Source: Lophium mytilinum
Lineage: Eukaryota
DNA: 64,000 bases
Direction of reading: 5' to 3'
Assembly: GCA_010093605.1 (NCBI GenBank)
Contig: MU004183.1
Location: 558,001 to 622,000 of the forward strand
Part shown: piece by piece, positions 1 to 11,796 of the stretch
How the letters are laid out: every line of letters begins with the position of its first letter
Position numbering within the stretch: position 1 is the first letter of the stretch
The notes under the pieces: model-generated
The model's database searches: none
Told to the model about the DNA's origin: nothing
What the model saw: the letters and a program-made list of their open reading frames with translations, nothing else
Translations under genes and position numbers: made by a program

Positions 1-2549
1 GTGCTTGACTAACTGTGATATGATGACTAAGATAGCCTACTCTCGGATCCGAAAACATGACTCTGGCAAACTCATTATTATGCTTCCCATGACTCCAGAA
101 TCCTCCCAAACAACAAGCAGCCCCCGTTTCATGTCCATATCACACTAGAAGCAAGCTCTCACACAAATATAATTCCCTTGTGCCCTTATTGACCACCTCA
201 ACACCACCACCGCGGCCACCACGTACTCTCCAACCACCACCCGTCTCGTCTTACCCACTTCTTACCCCCACCGGCCTCACCACAACACCCCTTCCGCCGA
301 CCCCGCCTCAAAAGTCGCGACCCTCACGCCAAATTACTCACCATCACGCCCCTCGCACCAAGCCACCGCACTCCCATTTCCCCTCAGACGCCGCTACATC
401 CCGTCCGCATGCCTTTCCCCCCCTCCCCTCCCCCCCTCCTCCCCTTCTCCGCGGAACCCACCCAAGCTCTCCCATTGCCCATCTAGACCCCACTCTCCAG
501 ACCTCACACATCCAGGGACAAGGTTCCCACGCCCCCGTGGCGTATCCCGGCACCACCTACCACGGCATCGCCGAAGCGCCTCCCCATCGCACCTAACCCG
601 CCGCCGCCACGCCCTGAATCGGCCACGCCTCGCCATCCCCCCATAAGGCAATGATGCGCGCTAGATCTAGAACAGGCCTGTCGCGTGGTGGGGACGCTTG
701 GATGGGGATGTTAGTTTCTTTGTTCCCACGCGGGATGGCGTTCGAGACGCTCGCTCCGCGGAGGGGGGAGGGAGGGAGGGTCTGGAACGGGATTCGAAGA
801 GAGGCGGAGATCGGTGCCTGGCGATCGTCGTGATATCGATGTGTATAAAAAGAACGGGTAGGGTTGTAGTAGAGGGAGTCTAGTGGAAGTCCCAGCCTCG
901 CCGTTCTCGCTCCCTGATTATCTTTATTTTGGTCGCATACCCTTTCCTCTGTGCAGCTTTCTTGCTGCTACAAACCGAGACATTCCCCCTCCCAGATCGT
1001 GGAGCCTGGTCGGTATTGCTACATGCTCCCCACCCTTTCCCTGAGCATGCTCTTCTTCCACCTCTTCTTCCCCAGCGTGTTTTCCCGGCACCGCGCTCAG
1101 CACCCGCTGCCCCTCCCGCAGTCGGCTTGCCCAACCGCCCCGGCACCGACACCGCCGTCCCCTCCACCTTCCCTCAGAGATCTGCTCCTATAGCCGTCCT
1201 CTACGCCAATTCCGCCCCCAGTTTCGCCCCCATCCCGTCTTGTCTACACTCGCCCTACCCGCTCTTCGGCCCTAACGTCGTACTCTTCGAACCCTTTTGA
1301 CCACGATGGGGGAAAGAGGCATTACACACTACACCGTATCCCCACCTCGTCGTGTCCCAGCGAGTCCTATCGAGCCAACTCAAGGCTGTGCTACTGGCCA
1401 CGGGATTCGATACCTTTCACCACCACAACTACCAACCCAGAATGTATCCTGATACGCGAACGCCACTCAGGGGGTTGACAGATCGGATCTAGAGTCAGAA
1501 GAGTAGATGACGATGTAAGGAGAGTGTAAGAAGGCATATAGGACGGAAGCACGAGACAAGAGGGAGGCGTTTTGCGCGCTCACCTTTGTGACAAGAAGAG
1601 CGATAGTGAGTCACATCAATGGATGATTGTTGAGACTAGTTGCTAATTTGATACTCTCTAGGGATGGTCAATGAGATGAGGGACAAGAGATGAGGGACGA
1701 GAGAAGGGGTATGAGAGATGGAAGGAAGCGGCGCCATGACGGTAGCAGGTAGAAAGCTATAGAGAAGAGAACGAACAAACGAATGACACGAGAAACAAAC
1801 CCGAAATCTAACCTTTTCTATTGTCAGCATGTTCATGATTTGTGAAGAACCTCAGTGGCAGAAGGCTGCTGTTTGCTTTGGTCAGCTTTGATATCAGAGG
1901 CCATGGAGCTAGAATGCTGTGGCATCTATACCTCTTTTATTTCGCAAGAAGACCCTTCACCACTTCACAAACCCACCGTTATCACTACCAAACCGCACCC
2001 GCAAAGTCAAGTTACCATTTGCATATTTCCATTGATCCCATTATTATACCCATACCCATCAATTCATGCCCCAGTATCGACCGACCATGAGACAAAACTA
2101 CCCATTCCATCATGCAATATCCCCACTCACACATACCATAAAAGAAAAGGAGAAAGAAGCCAGAAAACAAGACCTCCCAAAGATCAAGTCAAGGGACTCT
2201 CCCATATATCACATACCCCCGTCGCTTCCACGTAATGTAGTCATCCACAAAGCCCGAATCCAAGAATCACCATGCAACATCAAATCAATCCACAGAAAAG
2301 ATCAGATACCACATGGCCGTCCGTGTTCACTGGGTTCCGCCATCGTGATCGCTCGCTCTCTCTTTCAAAGGACTCGGGGGTGCTTTTGTTGTTGTTTGAT
2401 GTACCAGGGGAATAGAGTGGAGTTGAGTAGGTAAGACGTCAATGATGTTGTCTGCACGCAGACAACAGAGTATCAACATCTCACCTAATCCGCATAGCTG
2501 TCAAAAGATCGCACAGTCGCATAGAGATGACAGAGCAGGGTGGGATCGT

Positions 2550-4546
2550 CTACAACTTTCCAGAGTCTTTGGCCTCCTTGACCTGCTCGAAGACCTGTGC
2601 GAATATCAGCATCTCACCCAGGACTATTAGCTTAGTTTCATCACACATACCTTTAGCATCTTTCTCCTAGCCCCCAACGCATTAACACCTCTCTTCTCCA
2701 ATCCCTCATCATCCAATTCAACCAACTCCGTCCACTTCAGATCCTTGAGATTATCCGTGTACTTGTGCAGTCTCAGGCTCCTAAGCCAGTTAGGAATGTC
2801 CTGGAGCAGAGATGGATCCGTGGGGTCTTCTGGGGGCTTCGAGCTGCCGCGACGACCGCGCGGGGAGCGACCACGATTCATATCGCTGTGGTCTGAGATG
2901 TAACCGCCGTGATCGTGATGGCTGCCGCCCATGCCGATACCAAATTGGCCAAGGTTGATTGTGTTGAGTCCGTTGCCGACGAGAGGTGAGCTGCCGTCGT
3001 ATGCGGAGAGGAAGCCGTTGTTCTGCGGTGAGGCGAAGTTCATGCCGCCGCCGAGACCGCCCTGCATGGCGAGACCAGGTGAGTTGGGACGAGAGCGACG
3101 GCCATTCAGGGCAGCAAGCTGTTGGGCTTGAAGAGCGGCGGCTTGTTGGGGAGAAAGTACATGGCCCATTTCATTCGTCATGATGAAGTTGTTTGGAAGG
3201 CCAGAAGAGTTCATGCCTGGGGATAGAGGACCATTGCCAACTCCTTGACCCTCGGAAGACCTAGCACGTCGATACTTGCGGACGTCGTCCAGCTGGATTC
3301 GGTTGTTGACGGTAGAGAGGGCAGCAAGCTTCATCGCGGTGGCGTTTGCGACCATGTCGGCCTGGCTGGCGCTCTGCTGGTTGGAAAAGTTGGATACCAT
3401 GGGGGTGCTGAGTTGAGAAGCCCAGCTTCCGCCCTGCGCATAAGGAGAAAGCATGGGCATGCTGTTTGGATCGCCTTGTGGGGCATTTAGTGTGGTGCTC
3501 TGAAGGTTGCCGTCGCCGGATAGTGGGAGACGCGGGGACCGCAGTCCAGCTGAGGGAGGTGGCTGGGTGAACTGGCCCATGGGCGGTTGATGGCCAGACG
3601 ACGATTTTGGACGTTGATCAGAGCTTCGCGGACCCCATGGAGAAGACGGTGGCTGCGGCAGGTTATCTTTCCTCAAATCCTCGGGCGCGGAGATGGTCGG
3701 GGCAATCAACGAAGTACGATCGCCGATAGTACTGTTGCGATTGGAAACGGGCGGGATTCCAGTGGACTGAGTGAACTCGGCCTTCTGCTTGGCGATAGCA
3801 GCAGCGGCATCCGGGAACATATTATTGATGGTTGCTGTATCGAGACCAGAGTTGCGCTTCGCGCCTGGTGATGGAGGGGGACGACCGAGACCAGGGCCAA
3901 GGGAGTTTCTAGAGCCTTCAACATTTAGTTTGCTCATCGCATCGCTGAGTTTCTGGGACATGGGGTCTACGAGGGGCAAAACATCAATATGGGCGCTCGC
4001 AACGTGGAGGGGGTATGAAAAAGAGCACTCACCCTTCTCTCCGAAGTTGGCTGGGGACAAGACTCCTGACATAGGATGGCTCTTGGCCATCTGCTGCAAG
4101 ACCTGAATGAAGAATCTAATCTGAACCTGGGTGGTCTGCTGGAGAAGAGCGTAAAGGGCGGCGGTCCTCTCAGCCTCGCTAAGGACACGGAACCATTGCT
4201 CAATGGCGCTGAGCTCGTCCTTGAAATCTTGGTCAAGTGTAGCGGCAGCCATCTCCTCTAAGGTAGCCTCATATTGATCGATATCGGCAATCCATTGCTG
4301 TGCAGCCCGCTCCATGTCGTCTGGGTTGCCGGAGTTGGTGTTGGCATGATTGAAGTAGACTTCGGAGGAGGGTCGAATGCCACGGTTGGCCAGCGGCGAT
4401 GAGAACCCGCCCATGTCAGCAGACGCGCGGAGGTGGTGTCCAGCCCCGATCAGGGTACGAGAAGAGGGCGGCTGGAGGGAGCTTCTGGCCTCGCTCCTCG
4501 CCTCCGGGGTGCTGTTCCGGTTGCCGGGAATATGGCTGGCAGACAT
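2550..4546 (-). CDS. VTS1: SAM-domain RNA-binding protein Vts1/Smaug
   Basis: N-terminal Smaug-type region ([25 protein letters not shown]) and C-terminal SAM domain ([14 protein letters not shown]...[13 protein letters not shown]). ATG at 4546, in-frame intron 3967-4032, intron 2595-2650, last exon [14 protein letters not shown] ending 2550. Confidence 0.93.
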
Positions 4547-5731
4547 GATGAATGGTGGGTTCGAGGACTCGAGTGTTGGTGGAAAATAGAATTCTGCTGC
4601 CAAAATAAGCTCCTAATCCAGCGAGATTGAGGGTGGATAGACTGACAGGTAGATAATCCCTTGGATATAGCTGGTGCTGGGAAGACTCCTGCAGTTCCTG
4701 CTGGCCTCAAAGGAGCTTCGACTAGCGGGGTGTTCAGGAGAGAGCTGGCGGTTCGCGCGAGGCCATGCGTATGAAGCTGCAGACGGTAGAGGAGGAGGTA
4801 CCAGGGAGGAAGAAAGGGGAGGTAAGTATGAAGGTACAAGAAGGGAAGGGGGGTGGCGAGAAGGGCGGAGAGAGGGCGAGCGAGTGAAGGTGGATGGTGG
4901 AGGGTCAGATTGGAGGCTGCGCTGCGAAAAGAAGATGCGCGGTTAGATTTCGGCTAGCCGGATACGCAGTTTAATACCGCTGACTAAGGCGAGACGCCGC
5001 GAATAGACGGTCAAGGGGGTGGAGAGCTTCACGGGACTTGTTGCACGCCTTATTGACACCTGCACTGTTTCAGGTAACCGTCGCTGTCGTCGCTCCGGGG
5101 CAAGAATAGCAACTTGTGCAGACTTCGGCCAAGGGGAAGCCCGTCTGTCCAGTCGCTCCCGTGTCCGTGGAGCCGTCACATTTACGCGTACAATGGTGTA
5201 CCTTGTTACCTTCAGAGTACTTCATTCTACCTTTGAACATCATCGCGAGCCAAAGTTGTATGATCCTGTACTATGTTTACACTTGCTGGGCCCCACGGAT
5301 CGCGCTGTTTACCGTTGAAGGAACCGCTGAAGGATAGTCTATGTCCAGCAATACATCGAGTTACTACAAGCATTACCAGAAGAGTGTACCTGCCCGGTCT
5401 TGTGATAGGCACTGTGACACCAGTCTAATTGGGCATGAAATCAATGCATTGAACCATCCCAACGAGCATTCTACGCTTTCCGACCCTTCTCTGGCGCGTC
5501 CTTGTCATTTCAGCGCACCACAGTAATGTTTCAGATGGATCGTTTATTGCAGGAGCATCTGACGATCGCATCGCCTCGCTCCGATAATGCCAAATGATAG
5601 GCCTGCCGCGTCTGCCGGACCAGGCGTTCCAGGCAGCTTGAGCCGGGCGTCCCTCACATTTGGCTGTCACAGAAGGTTGTTAGTTGTATCCGGCATCAAA
5701 CCTCACACCATACTACAATGGCATTGCCAAC

Positions 5732-7102
5732 TCATCGACCCATAACCCCGACTATTGATCCAACCATGACCGCAGCTTCACGCTCCCAGTTGCCTGCCAA
5801 GCCCGTTTTACCTCTACTCAGCGGACCAGCTGGTAGTTGCGAGCCCCGATTGACGCACTCCCGCACTGCGTCTCTTACGCGATCTTTGTTGGACCGCAAT
5901 GTCCTTGCCGAGACGCCCCCACGATTCAGAATCTCTTGTACTCGTGGAGACAAGGTAGAAGCCAATGAGCGCCAAAAATACGACGGGAGTGACGAAGTAT
6001 CCAGACTCAGTAACAACGGGTGAAGGAAGTCTGTGGAACGCTTTTTCTCCTCTATCGGTGTTGATGGCTCCAAAAGTGGATGGACTGGCTGTTTAGTGGA
6101 CTCGAGAAGAGCCTCCAATGCGACGATGTTCTGACAACGGGCTGATATTTCCAGTAGAGCGCGGTCCAGCGAGGGCAGCGTCGCAAGAGCCCGGGAAAGC
6201 GCCGCGTGGGATGACTTGAGAGCTGTTTGCAAGTAATCTTGCAACGCGTTTATGAGAAGAGCGGGCTGAAACTGGTCCACAGATGTGTTTGCTGACGTTG
6301 GAGACAGGAGATAGAGTGCCAACAGCGCTGACGTGGTGCGCGACTTCGTGTCTTCCGTCTGGGCATAAGTCGACGCAGACGACGACTGGCCAGAGGAGGA
6401 ATTTGAAGCTAGCAATGAAGACATTGAGAACTCTCTGACCACCTGCTGGGCCCGTGATATGATTGTGCGTTCTGATGGCACGACCATCTCATTTTTCAGC
6501 GTCGTAATGACATTGATCCTGTCCAAATCCTCGCCCTCTTCTCCCGGTTTCGACGCTAGAAAGATCTGGCGCAATGAGAGGAGTGTATTCGATGACCGAA
6601 CCATAGCCCTGTGATCCTCCCGTTTCGTCGCACCAGCGCCTGAGCTGCTCAACTCTGCCATCTGTACTTCCAGCTGCCGTCCAAGCATCAAACAACGTGC
6701 CACTGCCCTCCCTATCTTGACTGTTTGACACAGCCGTTCGGCCGTGAGCCGGACCTGCTCCGCTACCTCATATCGCTCAACGACTTCCCTCTCCAGCGTT
6801 TTGTACGACTCGGTGAGACTGGCGACCTGGCCTTCAACCTCCTTCAGTATCCGCCCACTCGACTCTGACTGATCCTTGGTGTGCTCAAGCAATGGAAGGG
6901 CTGACTTTGTCGTCAAAGTGTCAATATGGGTGTCGACCTCCTGGACGTCGAAGAGCACACGAGACAGCGGGGTCGAGAGATCCAAGGGGGTGTCCGAGGG
7001 GTTGTTCGTCGAGAGCACCAAGGTATTGGCAAAGGAAGTGGCCGAAAAGGACGGGTCCAGGAAGGCCTCGTAGTCGATGTATGAGGGCTCTGTGTCGGCC
7101 AT
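5732..7102 (-). CDS. COG5: Conserved oligomeric Golgi complex subunit 5
   Basis: Single-exon ORF from ATG 7102 (MADTEPSYIDYEAFLDPSFSATSFANTLV...LSRVLFDVQEVDTHI), a typical fungal Cog5 N-terminus; C-terminal WEREAAVMVGS. Confidence 0.88.
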   Translation of the reverse strand: MADTEPSYIDYEAFLDPSFSATSFANTLVLSTNNPSDTPLDLSTPLSRVLFDVQEVDTHIDTLTTKSALPLLEHTKDQSESSGRILKEVEGQVASLTESYKTLEREVVERYEVAEQVRLTAERLCQTVKIGRAVARCLMLGRQLEVQMAELSSSGAGATKREDHRAMVRSSNTLLSLRQIFLASKPGEEGEDLDRINVITTLKNEMVVPSERTIISRAQQVVREFSMSSLLASNSSSGQSSSASTYAQTEDTKSRTTSALLALYLLSPTSANTSVDQFQPALLINALQDYLQTALKSSHAALSRALATLPSLDRALLEISARCQNIVALEALLESTKQPVHPLLEPSTPIEEKKRSTDFLHPLLLSLDTSSLPSYFWRSLASTLSPRVQEILNRGGVSARTLRSNKDRVRDAVRECVNRGSQLPAGPLSRGKTGLAGNWEREAAVMVGSIVGVMGR

Positions 7103-7199
7103 GGTGGGCGCTAGGAGAAACACTGGTGCCGGACAATGAGGGTATGGTAGAAAGCTAAATTGAGGTTTCGTTATGCCCGCAGGGATCCTTCCCGTGAAG

Positions 7200-7211
7200 C
7201 TTATCGATAAG
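7200..7211. promoter_or_regulatory. Palindromic double GATA site CTTATCGATAAG in the COG5/DAL3 divergent promoter
   Basis: Perfect 12-bp palindrome giving CGATAAG (HGATAR) on both strands, about 80 bp upstream of a purine-catabolism gene. Such genes are classically GATA-factor (AreA/Gln3) regulated. Confidence 0.5.
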
Positions 7212-7291
7212 AACATCCCCGACTTCACCTCCACCCCAACCTCAGCACACTACCATAAGACAATACAGCTAACACCTTTCTAACCGCCACA

Positions 7292-8239
7292 ATGCCGCCC
7301 TCAATACCCTCTCCAACCCTCCGCATCCCCATCGAACTCCTCACCCAATTCTCCTTCTCCCAATTCGGCACCGTCATCGAAAACCCCACCACCTCCCCCG
7401 CGCCGCCCTCCGCACGCCTTCCCCCTCCCCCCTCCGTCCTCGCAAACCAAAACACCGCCCTCAAATACCTCGACGTGACCCACATGTCAGACCTCTACAG
7501 CCTCGCCCCCAGCCGCAAGCCCGCCCACGCCGCCATGAACATGTTCGTGTGTTCCCCGCGCGACCTACGCCCACACGAGCCCGTCGCCAGCATGCCGAGC
7601 TCCTGGGGCGACATCGACTTCGACGACGAGAGCGGGGACGGAGACGCTGGGTCACGAACACTATTCGACGTGCATATCCTAGAACGACACCCGTTCACTA
7701 CACAAACATTCATCCCGTTGGGCATCGGCGCAGCAGAGCAAACGCAATACCTCGTTATAGTGGCACCCACCCTCCCCGCCTCGCGCCATCGAACAGATAA
7801 ACATCCACCCTACCCTACTCCGGAAAGGGCGAAGAAGCGCCGCTCGGTAAGGGAAATATTTGCGCGGGCGCGCCCGAGCCCGTTTTCGAATGAGGCGGCG
7901 CCGCCGGCGAGTTCGTATAGTCGGTTGCATCCGAGTCAGCGGCCGAAGGGGCCGGGGTTGCCGGATTTGAGGAATGTTCGGGCGTTTGTTGCGAGTGGGA
8001 AGCAGGCGGTGACGTATGGGGCGGGGACGTGGCATGCACCAATGGTGGTGCTGGGGGAGGAGGCAGTGGATTTCGTGGTGGTGCAATTTGTGAATGGGGT
8101 TGGCATTGAGGATTGCCAGGAGGTAGAGCTGAAAGTGGATGAGCGGGCCGAAGAGGGGATCACGGTAGCTGTGGATACGGATGTGAGGGGGAGGGTTGTC
8201 GTAAAGGCAGGGCCAGGCGCTGTGAAGGCGAAGTTGTGA
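7292..8239 (+). CDS. DAL3: Ureidoglycolate lyase (purine catabolism), probably peroxisomal
   Basis: Motifs FGTVI, ANQNTA, LERHPFTTQTFIP, QAVTYGAGTWHAPM of the AllA/Dal3 family; ends in -AKL (PTS1). Confidence 0.9.
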   Translation: MPPSIPSPTLRIPIELLTQFSFSQFGTVIENPTTSPAPPSARLPPPPSVLANQNTALKYLDVTHMSDLYSLAPSRKPAHAAMNMFVCSPRDLRPHEPVASMPSSWGDIDFDDESGDGDAGSRTLFDVHILERHPFTTQTFIPLGIGAAEQTQYLVIVAPTLPASRHRTDKHPPYPTPERAKKRRSVREIFARARPSPFSNEAAPPASSYSRLHPSQRPKGPGLPDLRNVRAFVASGKQAVTYGAGTWHAPMVVLGEEAVDFVVVQFVNGVGIEDCQEVELKVDERAEEGITVAVDTDVRGRVVVKAGPGAVKAKL

Positions 8240-8684
8240 GAGTCCCGGACTTCCTTTCTGGAGTAATTGGGCCAAAAACTGGGTATGTCTTCATGGATTT
8301 ATGTTGATGTAATGTATTTCCTGGCGATGGAAAGATGTATATACGATATTACGCTTACGACCCCTTTTTCATCCTGATGACTGCTCAGGGCTTTTCAAAT
8401 GCCCTGCAACGAAATTAATCGAGATGGACTTTAAGATGCCGGGTCATCAATATTAGATTGGAAGACAAAATGCGTATCGTGGAAGCTAAAAGTGAGCGGT
8501 ATGAGATGATAAAAGTATACAATTAGATATTGGGATCTGGATGCACCATTTAGATTGCGACCTAGTCCCTGCACCGGGCTATTAGCATTTACACACCAGT
8601 CCAATGGTACCTTACAGTGTTCCAGATTATACATGACTATGTAGTTTAGTCGAGGAAAGAGAGCCTTTCTAGCTGAACTACTCT

Positions 8685-10934
8685 CTATTGAAAATGAACC
8701 CGCGTATTCTGCGCCTCTTGTTTGCGACCATCAATATAGACCGCAAACTCCACCGCTGCTCCAGAAGGAACCATCTCCATATCTTATCGCAGCATCTTGT
8801 GTTCCTTGCCACTGGGGGTATTGAAGGTCTCGTAATCAGAAAATGGGACATCAATTGAACAGCTGATAATGCAAAGGTCCGTTACGCTCGAAGTGATGCG
8901 GCTTGGTGGGACCTCATCTTCGCATTGACACAATTGGAATCGGAGAAGGCCCCCAGAATCCTTTCTGTAGACCCGATAGAAATTGTATCGGATTGGATCT
9001 TTCTTCGACGAATTCTCTCCCTTGGCGAAGGCTGAGTGACAATACTTGCAACAGGCGGGGACATCACATACCTTCTTCAGGTACCATCTCACCTGATTAC
9101 GAGCCCTCCACACCTCTTCTTCGGAGTCCCATTCCTTATCCTCTTGGAGATGTTTACTTTCGTCGAAAAGACTCTTAGTGGTCACACCTAAGCTAAACCT
9201 CGACACTGTGGATATCACCTGAATGGGAGAACAGGTTTCGAAGGCTGCATAATCTGGTCCTGAGGCGCTTCCAGCGCAAATTCCGCCAAGAAAACCTTTA
9301 GTGACGGCGCCGCGGCAAATGGCAGTTCGGCTGGAAATGGTCATCTTCGAGGAAGGGCTTTTAGGTTCTTGGACAAGACTAAAACTTACGGTCTCATGCC
9401 TCCTGATTGCAAGATTTCGATACCCGCGTCCGCGTGCTTCTTCTTCAAATGCTCATACAGATATGGGCTTGCGCCTAGTCCCCCAACGAGGATGATACCC
9501 TGAAAGCCGTCAATCGATGTTCGGTCATGGGAGATGAGTGTCAATATAGGCAAACTCACGGCGACTTTTAGGTCTTGCTTAACCGTTTTCTGAAGTTGCC
9601 CGTCAACGAGAGCGTCGATGCCGGAGAAGGTCTCTGTGAAGGCCGATTGGATATGCGAGCTGGCGTTCAAGGTTAACCACCTATCTTGAATACATTCTCG
9701 AAAGCAAAGCTTACCTGGTAAAATGTATACGCCCATTCTTGATTTGCGGGTGCCGACTAGTATCATCTAGACTCGACTTCCCGAAAGCTTCCGCTGGAAT
9801 TCTAACGATGTACTCCTTTTTCCTATTCCTAGGCGTGAACTGTGGCTTGATAGCGTGTTCCCATTCTCCCTTCATGATCTCCTTGATTCCAGCCTTGCTC
9901 AGGTGATCCCATCTCCGGCCAAGACGAGCTTTGCACATTCTTTCGAACGCTTCATCAATGAAGATGCCTCCACATAGACCACCTAGACGATATGTCAGCT
10001 ACACTTCCACCAGCCACTATAGAACTTAGCTCATACCTGTTCCTTCAACGGCTTCTTCCAATCTGATTGGGTTGACTCCTCCAATTGTATAGCTGATGAG
10101 ATCCTTTGTCTGTCAGCATACGCATAGCAAAAGCCTTCGAAGACATGTCCACTCACAACAGTGCCACCTCCAGCATCACAGATCATATAGACATCGCCAG
10201 TTTTCAACTTACGCCCAGGCTCGCCGAGCGTAGACAAAGCAGCGGCCTCAGGCTCAGGAGCAAAAGTCAAAGTCGTAGTCCCAGCAGCTCTGCGGTCTAG
10301 GATACCAGCCTTCTTCACAGCTTGCTCCATTCCCTGTCTTGCATATCCTTTCCAAATTGCCGGCACTGTAATCACAACATGAAAAGACAAGGCTTCCACT
10401 ACCGACTCCCCACGGGACTTTTTGACAGTCTCGAGGATGTGAACCCAAAGTGCGCGCAAAAAATCACTAATGAAATCATTAGCGGTTTTTCCATTCTCTT
10501 TCAGCATCTTTCGTCCACGTAAAATGATCTCGTTAGAGCGCACTTCCGCATCCAGATCTTCGTCTTTCAGCAGGAGAAGCTTGAACCAGCGCACAGGATC
10601 GGCGTCAAGGGGGATCTCGTATCCCCACATGATTTGACTGTGCTCGTAGAATAATTCCGTGGGGACTTTGCCCTCTTCTCGGCCGGTGCCTGGCCAGCTG
10701 GTGATCATGTTGATTTGGTTGCTTGCGAAATCTTCTCCAGTCGCCCATGCAGCCCCCGAGTAACTATTTGATAATGAGAGTTAGCAACACGAGTATTTGA
10801 ACCGATCGAGGGATGAACGAAAAGACTCACGTCGTTCCAAAGTCGATTCCAATGACCATGAGATCGTCATCCTCGTGGACTGAGGATGCATCGTCGGTGA
10901 ACCTAGGCCTACTGGGTAAGCCGGCCGTGAACAT
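8685..10934 (-). CDS. Atypical Hsp70-family (HSPA12-like) actin-fold ATPase with an in-frame premature TAA at 8784-8786
   Basis: Spliced exons give IGIDFGTT, TVPAIW, EPEAAA, CDAGGGTVD, GLCGG and VGGLGASPY motifs, with no EEVD tail. After the TAA the same frame continues for 32 residues (DMEMVPSGAAVEFAVYIDGRKQEAQNTRVHFQ*) to 8685. Confidence 0.85.
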
Positions 10935-11796
10935 GCTTAAGTTCTCCGACGAACGCTAGGAAAGAAGTCCCAAAAATGGTATCGATATTCATAAAGATAT
11001 CAGGGATAAGACCTTCGGGGAAAAGGTTTTCGCGAGAGTAGACAATGAAACAAAAGAATCCAGCTCCGTACTGATCAGGCTGAGTCTGGAGAAGAAAGAG
11101 CCAAGAGCTGGAACGACTCCCGGTTACGCCACGTCAGGGATCTTGCACGTGATCAGGACCTTCACAGTTGCATCCAGCTGCGAGCATTAGAATGACTGTC
11201 TCCTTGACCAGGTGGAGCGGGGTAATTCTTACTGAGGGCAGCTGTGCCCATATTACCCTCACCAAGTTGATGATCGGGCTGAGACTTCGGAGTTACGCCA
11301 TGTGGTCCAGATCCGAGCCGGGCGGGCCAATCGAATATATTAGCTCTAAGACTGCAGCCTGATGCACTCCAATATTGGCTTGCATGAAAGGCCTTCCTCA
11401 CTGCGCTTTTGACTGGTAGACATTCGGTTGCCTTATCTGCAGCCTGGTGAAGATCTCGTCTTATTCGCGAGAAGTTGACATACTATGCATGAGTTGTCCA
11501 CATTTTCGAATGACACTGCATAGTTTCCGTCCACTAGATTCTGTTGATTCACCTTAGGCCACCTGAGCTGTTTGGTGTGGGGTCAAAAGGAATGTCGTGC
11601 TAGCCTTTGCAGCCTCGCTGCAAACAAAGCTACCATTACCCAGGCCAAAGCCTGATTACTTTGCACCGAACGAGGTGCGCGTCCTGGTATCTTCAGATCT
11701 TTTACTTTTGCAATCTTTACATCTACTTGGAATGTGACGGGCTCATTGCTCTCCTCTGCAAACTCTCGGTATCAAACACCCGCTATCTTTAACAAG

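Noticed and set aside
180..1300. Pro-rich and Gly/Arg-rich ORFs at the window start
   Set aside because: Products of C-rich/G-rich low-complexity sequence; no domain and no consistent exon chain.
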